This document shows, in pieces, positions 8,317 through 18,977 of a stretch of 39,469 nucleotides of DNA. Both the position numbers and the translations under genes were made by a program. Source of the stretch: an uncultured Bacteroidales bacterium. Its GTDB lineage: Bacteria; Bacteroidota; Bacteroidia; Bacteroidales; P3. The stretch covers positions 1 to 39,469 of the forward strand of contig CAMXAS010000001.1 in NCBI GenBank assembly GCA_947179195.1, given 5' to 3'. The first letter of the stretch is position 1, and every line of letters starts with the position of its first letter. The notes under the pieces are model-generated. The model saw nothing but the letters and a program-made list of their open reading frames with translations, ran no database searches and was not told where the DNA came from.

Positions 8317-8996
8317 CCTTCCACCGGCGCCTCCTTCGCTTCTTCCGAACGGACATACACCTCCGCACGGTCTATCAAAAACAGAATCACCCGCCCCGGC
8401 CCGAAGCCCGGCCGCGATTCCCCGTCTATATCCGTCAACTTGGACAGCCCGGTCCAAACCGTGGTCGAAGAAGAGCGCAACGGCACTTCCTTCATTTCCC
8501 TGAAGGCTTCCCGTTCGTCCTGCACGATTTGGTCCATCGTGGCGAAGAAGATGATGAGGTCGGCGCCCGCATACAGCCGCCGCCCCACCGTCGCCGCATC
8601 GAACAACACGCTGCCCGTCTGCGCGAACAGCGACAGGCAACTGCAACAGCCGATGCGCTTGACGGCCCCGTCCGTCGGCCGACGGCTATAAGCCAAGCCC
8701 GCGGCATCCAACAACTGCGCCACGGCATCCTCCCCGCAAAAAATCTGACCGCTCCAGTCCTCCTGCATCCCTAAGAGTTGCAGGCTCTGCACGGCTGTCT
8801 CCACGTTCTCGCAATAAATCAGTTTGCCGCCGCGACGCACGAAGTTCTCGGCAAACAGCGCGTCCGGATAGTCGTTGCCCATCGTCGCCACCGGTTCTTC
8901 CAAATCGATGGTCGGATAAGGGTTCTCTATCGGATAGCTGGTCAACGCTTCCCGGATATCCTTCAGGATTTTTTCTTTGGACGTCGCTTCTTCCAT
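8313..8996 (-). CDS. LUD-domain (LutC/YkgG-like) protein of unknown function
   Basis: 227 aa. The N-terminus KEKILKDIREAL and the AQTGSVLF and GPGRVILFLID segments resemble the LutC/LUD family, judged by eye. Its TGA overlaps the cdsA ATG (ATGA at 8316-8313). Confidence 0.65.
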   Translation of the reverse strand: MEEATSKEKILKDIREALTSYPIENPYPTIDLEEPVATMGNDYPDALFAENFVRRGGKLIYCENVETAVQSLQLLGMQEDWSGQIFCGEDAVAQLLDAAGLAYSRRPTDGAVKRIGCCSCLSLFAQTGSVLFDAATVGRRLYAGADLIIFFATMDQIVQDEREAFREMKEVPLRSSSTTVWTGLSKLTDIDGESRPGFGPGRVILFLIDRAEVYVRSEEAKEAPVEG

Positions 8997-9004
8997 CTCG
9001 TTTT

Positions 9005-11080
9005 TTATAAAGCCGTCATCGAAACCGTCGTTTCCGCCGGGTCGGGTGCGGTGGCCGTCAACGCCGCATCGGCTTCCGGCGCCGCTTCCTCGAACGGACG
9101 TTTGCCGAAAATGGCCTCCACGTCATCGCGGAACATCACTTCCTTGTCGATGAGCACCTGCGCCAGACGGTCCAGTTTATCCTTGTGCTCGGTCAGAATC
9201 CGCTTGGCCTCCGCATAGGCGTCCTCCACCATGCCGCGCACGCGGCGGTCTATCGTCTCGGCCGTCTTTTCGCTGTACGGTTTGCCGAACATATACTCCT
9301 GCTGGCCGGTCGAATCGTAATAGCTCAACGGCCCTACATCCGGATCCATGCCGTAATAGGCCACCATCGCGTAAGCCTGCTGCGTCACCTTCTCCAAATC
9401 GTTCAAAGCCCCCGTCGAGATGCGGCCGAACACAACTTCTTCCGCCGCGCGGCCGCCCAACGTGGCCATCATTTCGTCGCGCATCTGCTCCACGGTCGTA
9501 ATCTGCCGTTCTTCGGGCAGGTACCAGGCCGCCCCGAGCGACTTGCCGCGCGGCACGATCGTCACCTTGACCAACGGATTGGCGTAACGCGACATCCAGC
9601 TTACCGCGGCATGGCCCGCCTCGTGATAGGCGATGACCCGCTTCTCTTCCTTCGATATAATCTTGCTGCGCCGTTCCAAACCGCCCACAATGCGGTCGAT
9701 GGCGTCCAAAAAGTCCTGCTTCTGTACGGCCGCCTTGTCCTTACGCGCGGCAATCAGGGCCGCTTCGTTGCAGACATTGGCGATATCCGCGCCCGAAAAG
9801 CCCGGCGTCTGTTTGGCCAAGAAATCGATATCCACGCTTTCATCGGTCTTCACCGACTTGAGATGCACTTTGAAGATGGCCTTGCGTTCCTCCAGTTCCG
9901 GCAGTTCCACATGAATCTGACGGTCGAAGCGGCCGGCGCGCATCAGGGCGCGGTCGAGGATATCCGCCCGGTTCGTCGCCGCCAGGATGATGACGCCGCT
10001 GTTCGTGCCGAAGCCGTCCATCTCGGTCAGCAACTGGTTCAACGTATTCTCGCGCTCGTCGTTGGAGCCCGTATAGGCGTTCTTGCCCCGCGCCCGACCG
10101 ATGGCGTCTATCTCGTCGATGAAGATGATGCTCGGCGCCTTTTCCTTGGCCGTCTGGAACAAATCCCGCACGCGGGAGGCCCCCACGCCGACGAACATCT
10201 CCACGAAGTCAGAACCCGATATGGAAAAGAACGGCACCTTAGCTTCCCCGGCCACCGCCTTGGCCAACAACGTCTTACCCGTTCCCGGAGGCCCCACGAG
10301 CAACGCGCCCTTGGGTATCTTGCCGCCCAACTTGGTATAGCGTTCCGGATTCTTCAGGAAATCCACGATTTCCTTGACTTCCACCTTGGCCTCTTCCAAA
10401 CCGGCCACATCGTCGAACGTCACGTTGACCGTCGTGTTCTTGCTGTCGTAGAGCTGCGCCTTGGACTTGCCGAAACTGAAGACGCCGCCCGCACCGCCCA
10501 TGGGGTTGCCGCGCGAGAACATCCGGAATATCATGACGGTCATGAGTATCATGAACCCTATCCAGATAATCGATCCCAGACTATCCTCCCAAAAGTTCTT
10601 GCGGTTTTCCGGCACGGGCTCCACGAGCGGCTGGTTCCAGACCGCCTGGCGCGCCGAGGCCGAAAGCCCTACGGTATCCTGCGCCCGCGCTTCCAGTTGC
10701 GCGCGTTTCACGTCTTCGGCGAAATCCTCCAGCGACAGGAACTTATAGACATAGTATTTCCGGTTCGAAAATCCGTCTTTACTCCGCAACTTGGCGTAGG
10801 CCGTATCGCCATAGACCTTGTCGTCCTTGATATGGATCTCGGCGAATTCCTTATTGACTACGACGATTTTCGACACATCGCCGGCCTTGAGCATCCGCTC
10901 CACCCCGTAGAGGTTCGTATCGTAGGATTTAGGTTCACGGAAACCCGTGGATGTCAGTTGCAGATAGATGAACACCAACAGCAACGCCCCGTAAATCCAA
11001 TAGATGTTGAAACGTTTTTTGGGCGCCGGCCGCAATGGGGCGCCGCCGGACGGTTGATGCTTTTGCTGATTATTCTCCAT
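9005..11080 (-). CDS. ftsH: ATP-dependent zinc metalloprotease FtsH
   Basis: 691 aa. Walker A is [18 protein letters not shown], Walker B is IIFIDEIDA, and the zinc site is HEAGHA. Two N-terminal TM segments are present. Confidence 0.97.
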   Translation of the reverse strand: MENNQQKHQPSGGAPLRPAPKKRFNIYWIYGALLLVFIYLQLTSTGFREPKSYDTNLYGVERMLKAGDVSKIVVVNKEFAEIHIKDDKVYGDTAYAKLRSKDGFSNRKYYVYKFLSLEDFAEDVKRAQLEARAQDTVGLSASARQAVWNQPLVEPVPENRKNFWEDSLGSIIWIGFMILMTVMIFRMFSRGNPMGGAGGVFSFGKSKAQLYDSKNTTVNVTFDDVAGLEEAKVEVKEIVDFLKNPERYTKLGGKIPKGALLVGPPGTGKTLLAKAVAGEAKVPFFSISGSDFVEMFVGVGASRVRDLFQTAKEKAPSIIFIDEIDAIGRARGKNAYTGSNDERENTLNQLLTEMDGFGTNSGVIILAATNRADILDRALMRAGRFDRQIHVELPELEERKAIFKVHLKSVKTDESVDIDFLAKQTPGFSGADIANVCNEAALIAARKDKAAVQKQDFLDAIDRIVGGLERRSKIISKEEKRVIAYHEAGHAAVSWMSRYANPLVKVTIVPRGKSLGAAWYLPEERQITTVEQMRDEMMATLGGRAAEEVVFGRISTGALNDLEKVTQQAYAMVAYYGMDPDVGPLSYYDSTGQQEYMFGKPYSEKTAETIDRRVRGMVEDAYAEAKRILTEHKDKLDRLAQVLIDKEVMFRDDVEAIFGKRPFEEAAPEADAALTATAPDPAETTVSMTAL

Positions 11081-11486
11081 GTTCTTCTTCGTAAGTCGTT
11101 ATATGGGCGTCCCCCCATAAATCCTCCAATTTGTAATGCTGCCGCACGTCCCGCTGGAACACGTGCACGACCAAGCCGCCGTAATCCAACAGTATCCATT
11201 CGGCGTTGGCATAGCCTTCCTTATGCAAGGGGTCGATGCCGCAAGCCTCGTAAAGCCGGTCGGCCACCCCGTCGGCAATTGCCCGCACTTGTGTGCCGGA
11301 CAGCGCTTCGGCTATCAAGAAATAATCGAAGGTCGAGCCGACGGCCTTACGCAAGTCCAGACTCCGGATGCGTTCGGCTTTCTTGTCCTGCATGGCCGCC
11401 ACCGCTTCTTTCAGATAGCGGGCCTCGTCCGATTGTTTCCGCCCCCGCGTCGCCGCCGGTTTGGTATCACTCGTTTTCTTTGGCAT
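11070..11486 (-). CDS. rsfS: Ribosome silencing factor RsfS
   Basis: 138 aa. The core DYFLIAEALSGTQVRAIADGV...WILLDYGGLVVHVFQ...R..Y.LE.LW is typical of RsfS/IojAP. It overlaps the ftsH start by 11 nt, and rsfS-ftsH is a conserved pairing. Confidence 0.9.
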   Translation of the reverse strand: MPKKTSDTKPAATRGRKQSDEARYLKEAVAAMQDKKAERIRSLDLRKAVGSTFDYFLIAEALSGTQVRAIADGVADRLYEACGIDPLHKEGYANAEWILLDYGGLVVHVFQRDVRQHYKLEDLWGDAHITTYEEEHGE

Positions 11487-11501
11487 ATAATCCCTACCCT
11501 A

Positions 11502-12404
11502 TTATTGTATTTTGAGTTCCGGATCGGCCAGCATCTTCTCCAACGCGGCCTCCCACGTCGGGATGTACAGGCCGTACACCCGCTTTATCTTCGTTTTATC
11601 CAATACGCTGTACATCGGCCGACGGCAGGTGGCCGGATATTCGGAGGTCGCGATGGGATTCACGACGCAGTTCGCATGAATCTTGTGCATGATGGCCATC
11701 GCGAATTCGCACCAGCTACAATGCTCCTCGTTCGTATAGTGGAATATCTCGATGCCCCGCTTATGCGCACGGTGCCCGGCCCCAATCATCACCAACAGGG
11801 CTTCGGCCAAGTCGCGCGCCCAGGTCGGGCTGCCGAACTGGTCGGCCACCACATGCACCTCTTCCCGTTCCCGGCTCAACCGCATCATCGTCTTGACGAA
11901 ATTCTTGCCGAACGCGGAATACAGCCAGGCCGTCCGGACAATCAGACCGTCGCCGCCCGCCTTCAGCATTTCCTCCTCGCCGGCCCGCTTGGAAGCGCCA
12001 TAGACGCAAGTCGGATTCGGGCGGTCATCCTCCCGGTAGGGTTCGTCCTGCGTACCGTCGAACACATAGTCGGTGGAAACATGCACGAGATAGATGCCCA
12101 ACTCGGCGCACACCTGCGCCAACACGCCCACCCCGTCCCGATTGACGGCATAAGCCGCTTTCTCGTCCGTTTCCGCCTGTTCCACATTGGTATAGGCCGC
12201 CGCGTTGATAACGACGTTAATCCGGTTCGTGCCCAAATAGCTCCGCACGTCCGACCAGTTGCAGATATCCAATACGTCCATATCCGCAAACAGTATCGGC
12301 CCTTCCTTGAAACGCCCCTCCTTATAGAGACGCTGCAGTTCCATGCCCAACTGACCGTTGCTGCCCGTTACCAATACACGGGTATCGCCACCATTGTCCG
12401 CCAT
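11502..12404 (-). CDS. rfbD: dTDP-4-dehydrorhamnose reductase
   Basis: 300 aa. The Rossmann motif is VLVTGSNGQLG. Other RmlD-type motifs are INAAAYTNVEQAE, STDYVFDG, YGASK (YxxxK) and DQFGSPT. Confidence 0.87.
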   Translation of the reverse strand: MADNGGDTRVLVTGSNGQLGMELQRLYKEGRFKEGPILFADMDVLDICNWSDVRSYLGTNRINVVINAAAYTNVEQAETDEKAAYAVNRDGVGVLAQVCAELGIYLVHVSTDYVFDGTQDEPYREDDRPNPTCVYGASKRAGEEEMLKAGGDGLIVRTAWLYSAFGKNFVKTMMRLSREREEVHVVADQFGSPTWARDLAEALLVMIGAGHRAHKRGIEIFHYTNEEHCSWCEFAMAIMHKIHANCVVNPIATSEYPATCRRPMYSVLDKTKIKRVYGLYIPTWEAALEKMLADPELKIQ

Positions 12405-12407
12405 AAC

Positions 12408-13349
12408 CTATATCGTTTTCAATTGTTGTTCAAAATAGGCAATCGTCTTCTTCAAACCCTCTTCCAACTGGATATGCGGTTCCCAATCCAAACGTTCCTT
12501 AGCCAAACGGATATCCGGCCGGCGTTGCGTCGGATCATCCGACGGCAAAGGCTTGCGAATCAACTTGGAGGCACTGCCCGTCAAGTCGATGACTTTCTCC
12601 GCCAATTCCAAAATCGTGAATTCATGCGGATTACCGATATTGACCGGCCCTATGAACGATTCGTCGGTCTCCATCATGCGCGTCATACCGGCCACCAGGT
12701 CGTCGATGTATTGGAAACTGCGCGTTTGGGAACCGTCACCGTAAATCGTGATGTCCTCCCCTTTTAGAGCCTGCACGATGAAATTGGAAACGACCCGCCC
12801 GTCGTTCATGAGCATACGCGGGCCGTAGGTATTGAAGATACGGATAATCTTGATGCGCACGCCGTTCTGCCGGTGGTAATCCATGAACAGCGTCTCCGCG
12901 CAACGCTTGCCCTCATCGTAGCAGGAGCGGAGCCCAATCGGGTTGACGTTGCCCCAATAGGCCTCCACCTGCGGGTGCACGGCCGGGTCGCCATAGACCT
13001 CGCTCGTCGAAGCCTGCAAGACCTTCGCCTTGACGCGCTTGGCCAAGCCGAGCACATTGATGGCCCCCATAACCGACGTCTTGACCGTCTTGATGGGATT
13101 GTATTGATAGTGCACGGGGGAAGCGGGGCAAGCCAGATTGTAGATTTCATCCACTTCGGCAAAATAGGGGGCCGTCACATCGTGGCGTACCAGTTCGAAA
13201 TAGGGATTCGACAGCAGGTGCGCGACATTCGCCTTACGCCCCGTAAAGTAATTGTCCAGACAGATGACCTCATGCCCTTGCCCGAGCAGGTACTCGCACA
13301 GATGCGAACCGATGAACCCGGCGCCGCCCGTTACCAAAATACGTTTCAT
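12408..13349 (-). CDS. uxs: UDP-glucuronate decarboxylase (UDP-xylose synthase)
   Basis: 313 aa. Motifs are [31 protein letters not shown] and YDEGKR (YxxxK), which is the UXS-type SDR pattern. It lies directly downstream of ugd. Confidence 0.9.
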   Translation of the reverse strand: MKRILVTGGAGFIGSHLCEYLLGQGHEVICLDNYFTGRKANVAHLLSNPYFELVRHDVTAPYFAEVDEIYNLACPASPVHYQYNPIKTVKTSVMGAINVLGLAKRVKAKVLQASTSEVYGDPAVHPQVEAYWGNVNPIGLRSCYDEGKRCAETLFMDYHRQNGVRIKIIRIFNTYGPRMLMNDGRVVSNFIVQALKGEDITIYGDGSQTRSFQYIDDLVAGMTRMMETDESFIGPVNIGNPHEFTILELAEKVIDLTGSASKLIRKPLPSDDPTQRRPDIRLAKERLDWEPHIQLEEGLKKTIAYFEQQLKTI

Positions 13350-13371
13350 GCCTCTTGGATATTGTTATGTA

Positions 13372-14685
13372 TTATAAACCGATGCCGAAATAGGCGAAAC
13401 CGGCCTGTTCCACATCCCGGCGTTCATACAGGTTTCGGCCGTCGAACAGCACCCGCGTCCGCATCGTATCGCCGACGCGGCGCCAGTCCGGCGAGCGGAA
13501 CTCCGTCCACTCCGTCACGAGGAACAGCGCGTCGGTATCGGCCGCCGCCCGGTAGATATCGTCGCAATAGGTGATGCGGTCGCCGATGCGGCGGCGGCAT
13601 TCGTCCATCGCCACGGGGTCGTAAGCCTTGACCGTGCAGCCAGCCTGGAGGAACGCGTCTATCATGACCAGGGAGGGTGCCTCCCGCATATCGTCCGTAC
13701 CCGGCTTGAACGCCAGCCCCCACAGGCCGACCGTCTTGCCCTGCAAGTTGCCATTGGCGAAATCCCGGTATTTGCGGAACATCAACGACTTCTGCCGTTC
13801 GTTGACGGCCTCTACTGCCTTGAGCACCCGCATATCGTAGCCCTCGCCGTCGGCCGTCTTAATCAAGGCCTTGACGTCTTTGGGGAAACAGGAACCGCCG
13901 TAGCCGATGCCCGGATAGAGGAATTTGCCGCCGATACGGGAATCCGACCCCATGCCCTTGCGCACGTGCTCTACGTTCGCCCCCACTTTCTCGCACAGGT
14001 TCGCGACATCGTTCATGAAACTGATACGTGTGGCCAGCATGGCGTTGGCCGCATATTTCGTCATTTCGGCCGACGGCACGTCCATGAACAGCACCGGATG
14101 GCCGTTCAACGTGAACGGCTTGTACAGCCGTCCCATGACCTCCCGCGCGCGTTCCGACTCCACCCCCACGACAATGCGTTCGGGATACATGAAATCCTTG
14201 ACGGCCGAACCTTCTTTGAGGAATTCCGGGTTCGACGCCACATCGAAATCGACGTTCACGCCCCGGGCCGCCAACTCCTGCGCCACCGCCTGCTTCACCT
14301 TGCGGGCCGTACCGACGGGCACCGTACTCTTGGTCACCAACAGCACGTAGTCGTTCATGTTGCGGCCTACCTCACGTGCCACATCCAACACATAGCGCAG
14401 GTCGGCGCTGCCGTCCTCATCGGGCGGGGTGCCCACGGCGCAGAAAATGACCTCCGCCCCCTGCATCGCGTCCTTCAACGAACTCGAAAACGTCAGACGG
14501 CCTTTATCCACATTCCGCACCAACAGTTCCTCCAGCCCCTGTTCGAAAATGGGCGGACGTTTCTGATTCAACATATCGATTTTGCGTTGATCCACATCCA
14601 CGCAACACACTTCTATGCCAACATCGGCGAAACACACGCCGGTCACGAGACCGACATAGCCGGTCCCCACGATCGTTATCTTCAT
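13372..14685 (-). CDS. ugd: UDP-glucose 6-dehydrogenase
   Basis: I trimmed the track ORF 13372..14748 to the ATG at 14685 (MKITIVGTGYVGLV...), giving 437 aa. The catalytic Cys motif GGSCFPKD is present. Confidence 0.92.
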   Translation of the reverse strand: MKITIVGTGYVGLVTGVCFADVGIEVCCVDVDQRKIDMLNQKRPPIFEQGLEELLVRNVDKGRLTFSSSLKDAMQGAEVIFCAVGTPPDEDGSADLRYVLDVAREVGRNMNDYVLLVTKSTVPVGTARKVKQAVAQELAARGVNVDFDVASNPEFLKEGSAVKDFMYPERIVVGVESERAREVMGRLYKPFTLNGHPVLFMDVPSAEMTKYAANAMLATRISFMNDVANLCEKVGANVEHVRKGMGSDSRIGGKFLYPGIGYGGSCFPKDVKALIKTADGEGYDMRVLKAVEAVNERQKSLMFRKYRDFANGNLQGKTVGLWGLAFKPGTDDMREAPSLVMIDAFLQAGCTVKAYDPVAMDECRRRIGDRITYCDDIYRAAADTDALFLVTEWTEFRSPDWRRVGDTMRTRVLFDGRNLYERRDVEQAGFAYFGIGL

Positions 14686-14755
14686 AACTGATATTTTCCG
14701 CCGACACTTCCCGCACGCAGAACGCCGCGGACGGAAAGCGCCGAACATAAACCTA

Positions 14756-14763
14756 CAAAATTA
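14756..14763 (-). promoter_or_regulatory. Possible -7 box for the ugd-led minus-strand array
   Basis: The minus strand reads TAATTTTG, an exact TAnnTTTG match, about 70 nt upstream of the ugd ATG. I found no good TTTG -33 element at the expected spacing. Confidence 0.3.
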
Positions 14764-14858
14764 AAGAATTTTTAGCAATTTTCCATATTCTTGACTTTCG
14801 ATACGGTGCCCCGCCCCTGCCATACCGAAGTGCCGATTCAATCTTTTTTCAACATTTG

Positions 14859-14889
14859 TTTGTTATTTATATTTTTTTTACTAACTTTG
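14859..14889 (+). promoter_or_regulatory. Candidate Bacteroidota sigma-A promoter for the rpsL-led ribosomal operon
   Basis: TTTG (14859-14862), N19, TAACTTTG (14882-14889), preceded by an AT-rich tract. It lies 56 nt upstream of the rpsL ATG. Confidence 0.55.
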
Positions 14890-14945
14890 CCATCCTTTAA
14901 AAACGCAAATTTTAAACACGTTAACTTAAACATTAACAATAAGAT

Positions 14946-15323
14946 ATGCCAACAATTCAACAATTAGTTCGCAAAGGGCGTCAGCAAATCACGGACAAAA
15001 GCAAGTCGCCCGCGTTGGATGCCTGCCCCCAGCGTCGTGGGGTCTGTGTGCGCGTTTACACGACTACGCCTAAGAAGCCCAACTCCGCCATGCGTAAGGT
15101 AGCGAGAGTACGTTTGACCAATCAGAAAGAGGTGAACGCCTACATCCCCGGCGAAGGCCACAACCTGCAGGAACACTCGATCGTCATGATCCGTGGCGGC
15201 CGTGTGAAGGACCTCCCCGGTGTAAGATACCACATCATCCGCGGCGCGTTGGATACGTCCGGCGTGGAAGGGCGCAACCAACGCCGTTCCAAATACGGTA
15301 CCAAACGTCCCAAGAAGAAATAG
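14946..15323 (+). CDS. rpsL: 30S ribosomal protein S12
   Basis: 125 aa: [12 protein letters not shown]...[18 protein letters not shown]. This is the S12 hallmark, and it is the first gene in str-operon order. Confidence 0.98.
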   Translation: MPTIQQLVRKGRQQITDKSKSPALDACPQRRGVCVRVYTTTPKKPNSAMRKVARVRLTNQKEVNAYIPGEGHNLQEHSIVMIRGGRVKDLPGVRYHIIRGALDTSGVEGRNQRRSKYGTKRPKKK

Positions 15324-15379
15324 GCAGCCTGAGGCTATTATATAATAATGTATATTGACGCGTAAAATCATCGCAAGAA

Positions 15380-15847
15380 ATGAGAAAATCAACGCCTAAA
15401 AAGAGAGTCATTTTACCGGACCCCAAATACCATGACGTATTGGTAAGCAAATTCATCAACAACCTGATGTACTCCGGCAAAAAGAACATAGCGCACGAAC
15501 TGTTCTACGACGCCATCGACGTCGTTTCCGAAAAGACGAAGGAAGACGGTTTGGAAGTATGGAAGAAAGCGCTTTCGAACGTAACCCCTTCCGTAGAGGT
15601 GCGCAGCCGCCGCGTGGGTGGTGCCACGTTCCAGATTCCTTCCGAAATCCGTCCGGAACGCAAACAGTCGTTGGGTATGAAGATGCTCATCAACTATGCC
15701 CGCAAACGCAGCGAGAAATCCATGAGCCTGAAACTGGCCGGCGAAATCATGTCGGCTTACAAGGAAGAAGGCGCCGCGTTCAAACGCAAGGAAGAAATCC
15801 ACAGAATGGCCGAAGCCAACAAAGCGTTCTCGCATTTTAAATTTTAA
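15380..15847 (+). CDS. rpsG: 30S ribosomal protein S7
   Basis: 155 aa, with the S7-like [16 protein letters not shown] motif. It sits between rpsL and fusA. Confidence 0.97.
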   Translation: MRKSTPKKRVILPDPKYHDVLVSKFINNLMYSGKKNIAHELFYDAIDVVSEKTKEDGLEVWKKALSNVTPSVEVRSRRVGGATFQIPSEIRPERKQSLGMKMLINYARKRSEKSMSLKLAGEIMSAYKEEGAAFKRKEEIHRMAEANKAFSHFKF

Positions 15848-15862
15848 GGAACTACACATTAG

Positions 15863-17953
15863 ATGGCACAAGATTTAGCAAAGACGAGGAACATCGGCAT
15901 CATGGCGCACATCGATGCCGGCAAGACGACTTGTTCCGAACGTATCCTGTATTATACCGGAAAGAACCACAAGATAGGCGAAACGCACGACGGTTCGGCT
16001 ACGATGGACTGGATGGCGCAGGAACAGGAAAGAGGTATCACGATTACGTCCGCTGCGACGACCGTTTTCTGGAAATACCGCAACGACAGTTACAAAATCA
16101 ATTTGATCGATACCCCGGGGCACGTGGACTTCACCGTGGAAGTGGAACGTTCCCTGCGCGTATTGGACGGTGCCGTAGCTTTGTTCTGCGCCGTGGGCGG
16201 CGTACAGCCCCAGTCCGAAACCGTATGGCGTCAGGCCAACAAATATAAAGTGCCGCGTATCGCGTTCGTCAACAAGATGGACCGTACGGGCGCCGACTTC
16301 TTCAATGTCGTGACCCAAATCAAGGAACGTCTGCAGGCCAAGCCGGTCGTTTTGACGATTCCCATCGGTCAGGAAGACACGTTCAAGGGCGTGGTGGATG
16401 TTATCTCCCGCAAGGCCTACGAATGGAACGAAGAAGACAAAGGGCTCACCTATTTCGAAGTGCCCGTTCCCGATGATTTGAAAGACACGGTGGAAGAATA
16501 CCACAACCGTCTGTTGGAAGAAGTGGCCGAGTTGGACGAAAACTTGATGACCAAATACTTCGAAGACCCGGGCACGATTACCGAAGACGAAATCATCGCC
16601 GCCATCCGCAAGGCGACGGTCGAAATGACGGTCAACCCGGTATTGTGCGGTTCGGCCTTCAAGAACAAGGGCATCCAGCTCCTGCTCGACGCCGTGGCCC
16701 GTTATTTACCGAGCCCGTTGGATGTAGAAGCCATCACGGGTATCAACCCCAAGACCGGCGATGAAGAATCGCGCAAGGTGGACGTGAACGAACCGTTCAG
16801 CGCGTTGGCCTTCAAGATTGCGACCGACCCGTTCGTAGGCCGTATCGCTTTCTTCCGCGTTTACTCCGGTGCTTTGGACGCCGGTTCCTACGTGCTCAAC
16901 GCCTCCACCGGCAAGAAAGAACGTATCTCCCGCATCTTGCAGATGCACTCCAATAAACAGCAACCGATGGACCGCATCGAAACCGGTGACATCGGCGCGG
17001 CCGTAGGTTTCAAGGAAATCAAGACCGGTAACACGCTCTGCGATGAAAACCACCCGATTATCCTCGAATCCATGACGTTCCCCGATCCGGTTATCAGCAT
17101 CGCGATCGAACCCGTTTCGCAGGCCGATGTCGATAAGCTGTCGAACGGGCTCGCCAAACTGGCGGAAGAAGACCCGACGTTCCAGGTTCACTCCGACGAG
17201 AACTCCGGCCAGACCGTTATCAGCGGTATGGGCGAGTTGCACTTGGACGTACTGATTGACCGTCTGCGCCGCGAATTCCATGTGGAATGCAACCAGGGCA
17301 AACCCCAGGTGGCTTACAAAGAAGCGGTCCGTTCCGCCGTTCAGCACCGCGAGGTTTACAAGAAGCAGACCGGTGGCCGCGGTAAGTTCGCCGACATCAT
17401 CTTCGAGGTATCCCCGGCCGACGAAGGCGTCAAAGGCCTCCAGTTCATCAACGAAGTCAAGGGCGGTAACATTCCCAAGGAATTCATCCCCTCGATTGAA
17501 AAAGGCTTCAAGGCCTCGTTGGAAAACGGTGTACTGGCTGGCTATCCGCTCGAAAGCCTCAAGGTACGTCTGATCGACGGTTCGTTCCACCCGGTGGACT
17601 CCGATGCGCTTTCGTTCGAAGTCTGCGCCAAAATCGGCTTCAAGGAAGCTTGCCGCAAGGCCAAGTCCGTATTGCTCGAACCGATTATGTCTCTGGAAAT
17701 CGAAACCCCGGACGATTACGTCGGCGATGTTTCCAGCGACTTGAACCGTCGTCGCGGTATCATGGAAGGTATCGAAGCCAAAGTGGGCGGCCAGGCCATC
17801 CGCGCCAAGGTGCCTCTGGCGGAAATGTTCGGCTATGTGACGGCTCTGCGTACGCTCAGCTCCGGTCGCGCCAGCTCCACGATGGAGTACGCCTATCACG
17901 CCGAAGCGCCGGCCAACATTACGGAAGAAGTAATCAAACAAGCCAATAAATAG
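15863..17953 (+). CDS. fusA: Elongation factor G
   Basis: 696 aa. GTPase motifs are [22 protein letters not shown] and NKMD. Confidence 0.98.
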   Translation: MAQDLAKTRNIGIMAHIDAGKTTCSERILYYTGKNHKIGETHDGSATMDWMAQEQERGITITSAATTVFWKYRNDSYKINLIDTPGHVDFTVEVERSLRVLDGAVALFCAVGGVQPQSETVWRQANKYKVPRIAFVNKMDRTGADFFNVVTQIKERLQAKPVVLTIPIGQEDTFKGVVDVISRKAYEWNEEDKGLTYFEVPVPDDLKDTVEEYHNRLLEEVAELDENLMTKYFEDPGTITEDEIIAAIRKATVEMTVNPVLCGSAFKNKGIQLLLDAVARYLPSPLDVEAITGINPKTGDEESRKVDVNEPFSALAFKIATDPFVGRIAFFRVYSGALDAGSYVLNASTGKKERISRILQMHSNKQQPMDRIETGDIGAAVGFKEIKTGNTLCDENHPIILESMTFPDPVISIAIEPVSQADVDKLSNGLAKLAEEDPTFQVHSDENSGQTVISGMGELHLDVLIDRLRREFHVECNQGKPQVAYKEAVRSAVQHREVYKKQTGGRGKFADIIFEVSPADEGVKGLQFINEVKGGNIPKEFIPSIEKGFKASLENGVLAGYPLESLKVRLIDGSFHPVDSDALSFEVCAKIGFKEACRKAKSVLLEPIMSLEIETPDDYVGDVSSDLNRRRGIMEGIEAKVGGQAIRAKVPLAEMFGYVTALRTLSSGRASSTMEYAYHAEAPANITEEVIKQANK

Positions 17954-17969
17954 TTTAAATTTTTTAACC

Positions 17970-18275
17970 GTGAGTCAAAGAATCAGAATCAAACTCAAGT
18001 CTTACGACTACAATTTGGTCGACAAGTCGGCCGAAAAGATCGTAAAGACGGTGAAGCTCACAGGGGCGATGATCAACGGACCCATTCCCCTGCCGACGAA
18101 CAAGAAGATCTTCACCGTGAACCGTTCCACGTTCGTGAACAAGAAGTCGCGGGAACAGTTCGAATTGTCTTCCTACAAACGTCTGCTCGACATCCACAGC
18201 AGCAGCTCCAAAACCATCGACGCGCTGATGAAGTTGGAATTGCCGAGCGGTGTGGAAGTGGAAATCAAAGTCTGA
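17970..18275 (+). CDS. rpsJ: 30S ribosomal protein S10
   Basis: 101 aa: (M)[24 protein letters not shown]... The start codon is GTG at 17970. Confidence 0.96.
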   Translation: MSQRIRIKLKSYDYNLVDKSAEKIVKTVKLTGAMINGPIPLPTNKKIFTVNRSTFVNKKSREQFELSSYKRLLDIHSSSSKTIDALMKLELPSGVEVEIKV

Positions 18276-18347
18276 TGACCGTCCGCACCTCGAGACAACG
18301 TAAAAGACAAAAACTTTTTGACACAGAAACCATAAACAAGCATTAAT

Positions 18348-18977
18348 ATGTCCGGATTAATAGGAAAGAAAATCGGAATGACTAGCATTTGGGATGCCTC
18401 CGGTAAGAACATACCGTGCACTGTAATCGAAGCTGGTCCTTGTGTGGTAACGCAAGTAAAAACAATAGAGAAGGACGGATACGAAGCCATTCAGCTGTCC
18501 TTTGGCGAACGCAAAGAAAAACATACGCCGAAAGCCCTCATGGGCCATTTCGCCAAGGCGAACACGACGCCCAAACTCATCAGCATGGAGTTCTCCCGCT
18601 TTGAGGAAGGCAGCCGCAAATCGTACGGTGAAGTGTTGGGCGTGGATGTTTTCGAAGAAGGCGAATTCATCGACGTAGCCGGTTACACCAAAGGTAAAGG
18701 CTTTCAGGGTGTCGTCGGACGGCACGGATTCGGTGGCGTAGGTCAATCTACTCACGGTCAACATAACAGACTTAGAGCCCCCGGTTCGGTCGGTGCCTCT
18801 TCCTATCCTTCCCGCTTGTTCAAGGGCTTGCGTATGGCCGGTCAGAAAGGTCACGAGAGAAGAAAGAGCATCAACCTTCAGATCGTAAAGATCGTTCCCG
18901 AAAAGAATTTAATTTTAGTCAAAGGATCGGTACCCGGTCCGAAAGGTTCATTTTTAAAACTCGAGAGATGGAGCTAA
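18348..18977 (+). CDS. rplC: 50S ribosomal protein L3
   Basis: 209 aa: [15 protein letters not shown]...GKGFQGVV. Gene order fits the S10 operon. Confidence 0.97.
   Translation: MSGLIGKKIGMTSIWDASGKNIPCTVIEAGPCVVTQVKTIEKDGYEAIQLSFGERKEKHTPKALMGHFAKANTTPKLISMEFSRFEEGSRKSYGEVLGVDVFEEGEFIDVAGYTKGKGFQGVVGRHGFGGVGQSTHGQHNRLRAPGSVGASSYPSRLFKGLRMAGQKGHERRKSINLQIVKIVPEKNLILVKGSVPGPKGSFLKLERWS

Noticed and set aside
9185-11515. A 776-aa ORF on the plus strand, antisense to ftsH and rsfS. It is the second-longest ORF on the plus strand.
   Set aside because: It lies exactly opposite two well-supported genes. Its translation is Arg/His/Gly/Leu-rich low complexity with no recognisable motif. Long antisense ORFs are expected in GC-rich coding DNA because stop codons are depleted in the antisense frame.
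11136-12767. A 543-aa plus-strand ORF antisense to rsfS, rfbD and uxs.
   Set aside because: It spans three independent, motif-bearing minus-strand genes and their junctions. The translation is low complexity. It is a GC-driven shadow ORF.
14749-14945. Possible oriC at the strand-switch intergenic region.
   Set aside because: The region is only about 200 nt. The best DnaA-box-like match I could see (TTAAACACG) fits 6 of 9 positions, and there is no repeated box cluster. My spot counts of G versus C on either side showed no obvious skew. I kept only a low-interest note on gene orientation.
15336-15347. A perfect 12-nt palindrome, TATTATATAATA, in the rpsL-rpsG spacer.
   Set aside because: It is a short AT-only palindrome in an AT-rich spacer and is likely to occur by chance. 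I have no supporting operator, half-site repeat or cognate regulator in the window.
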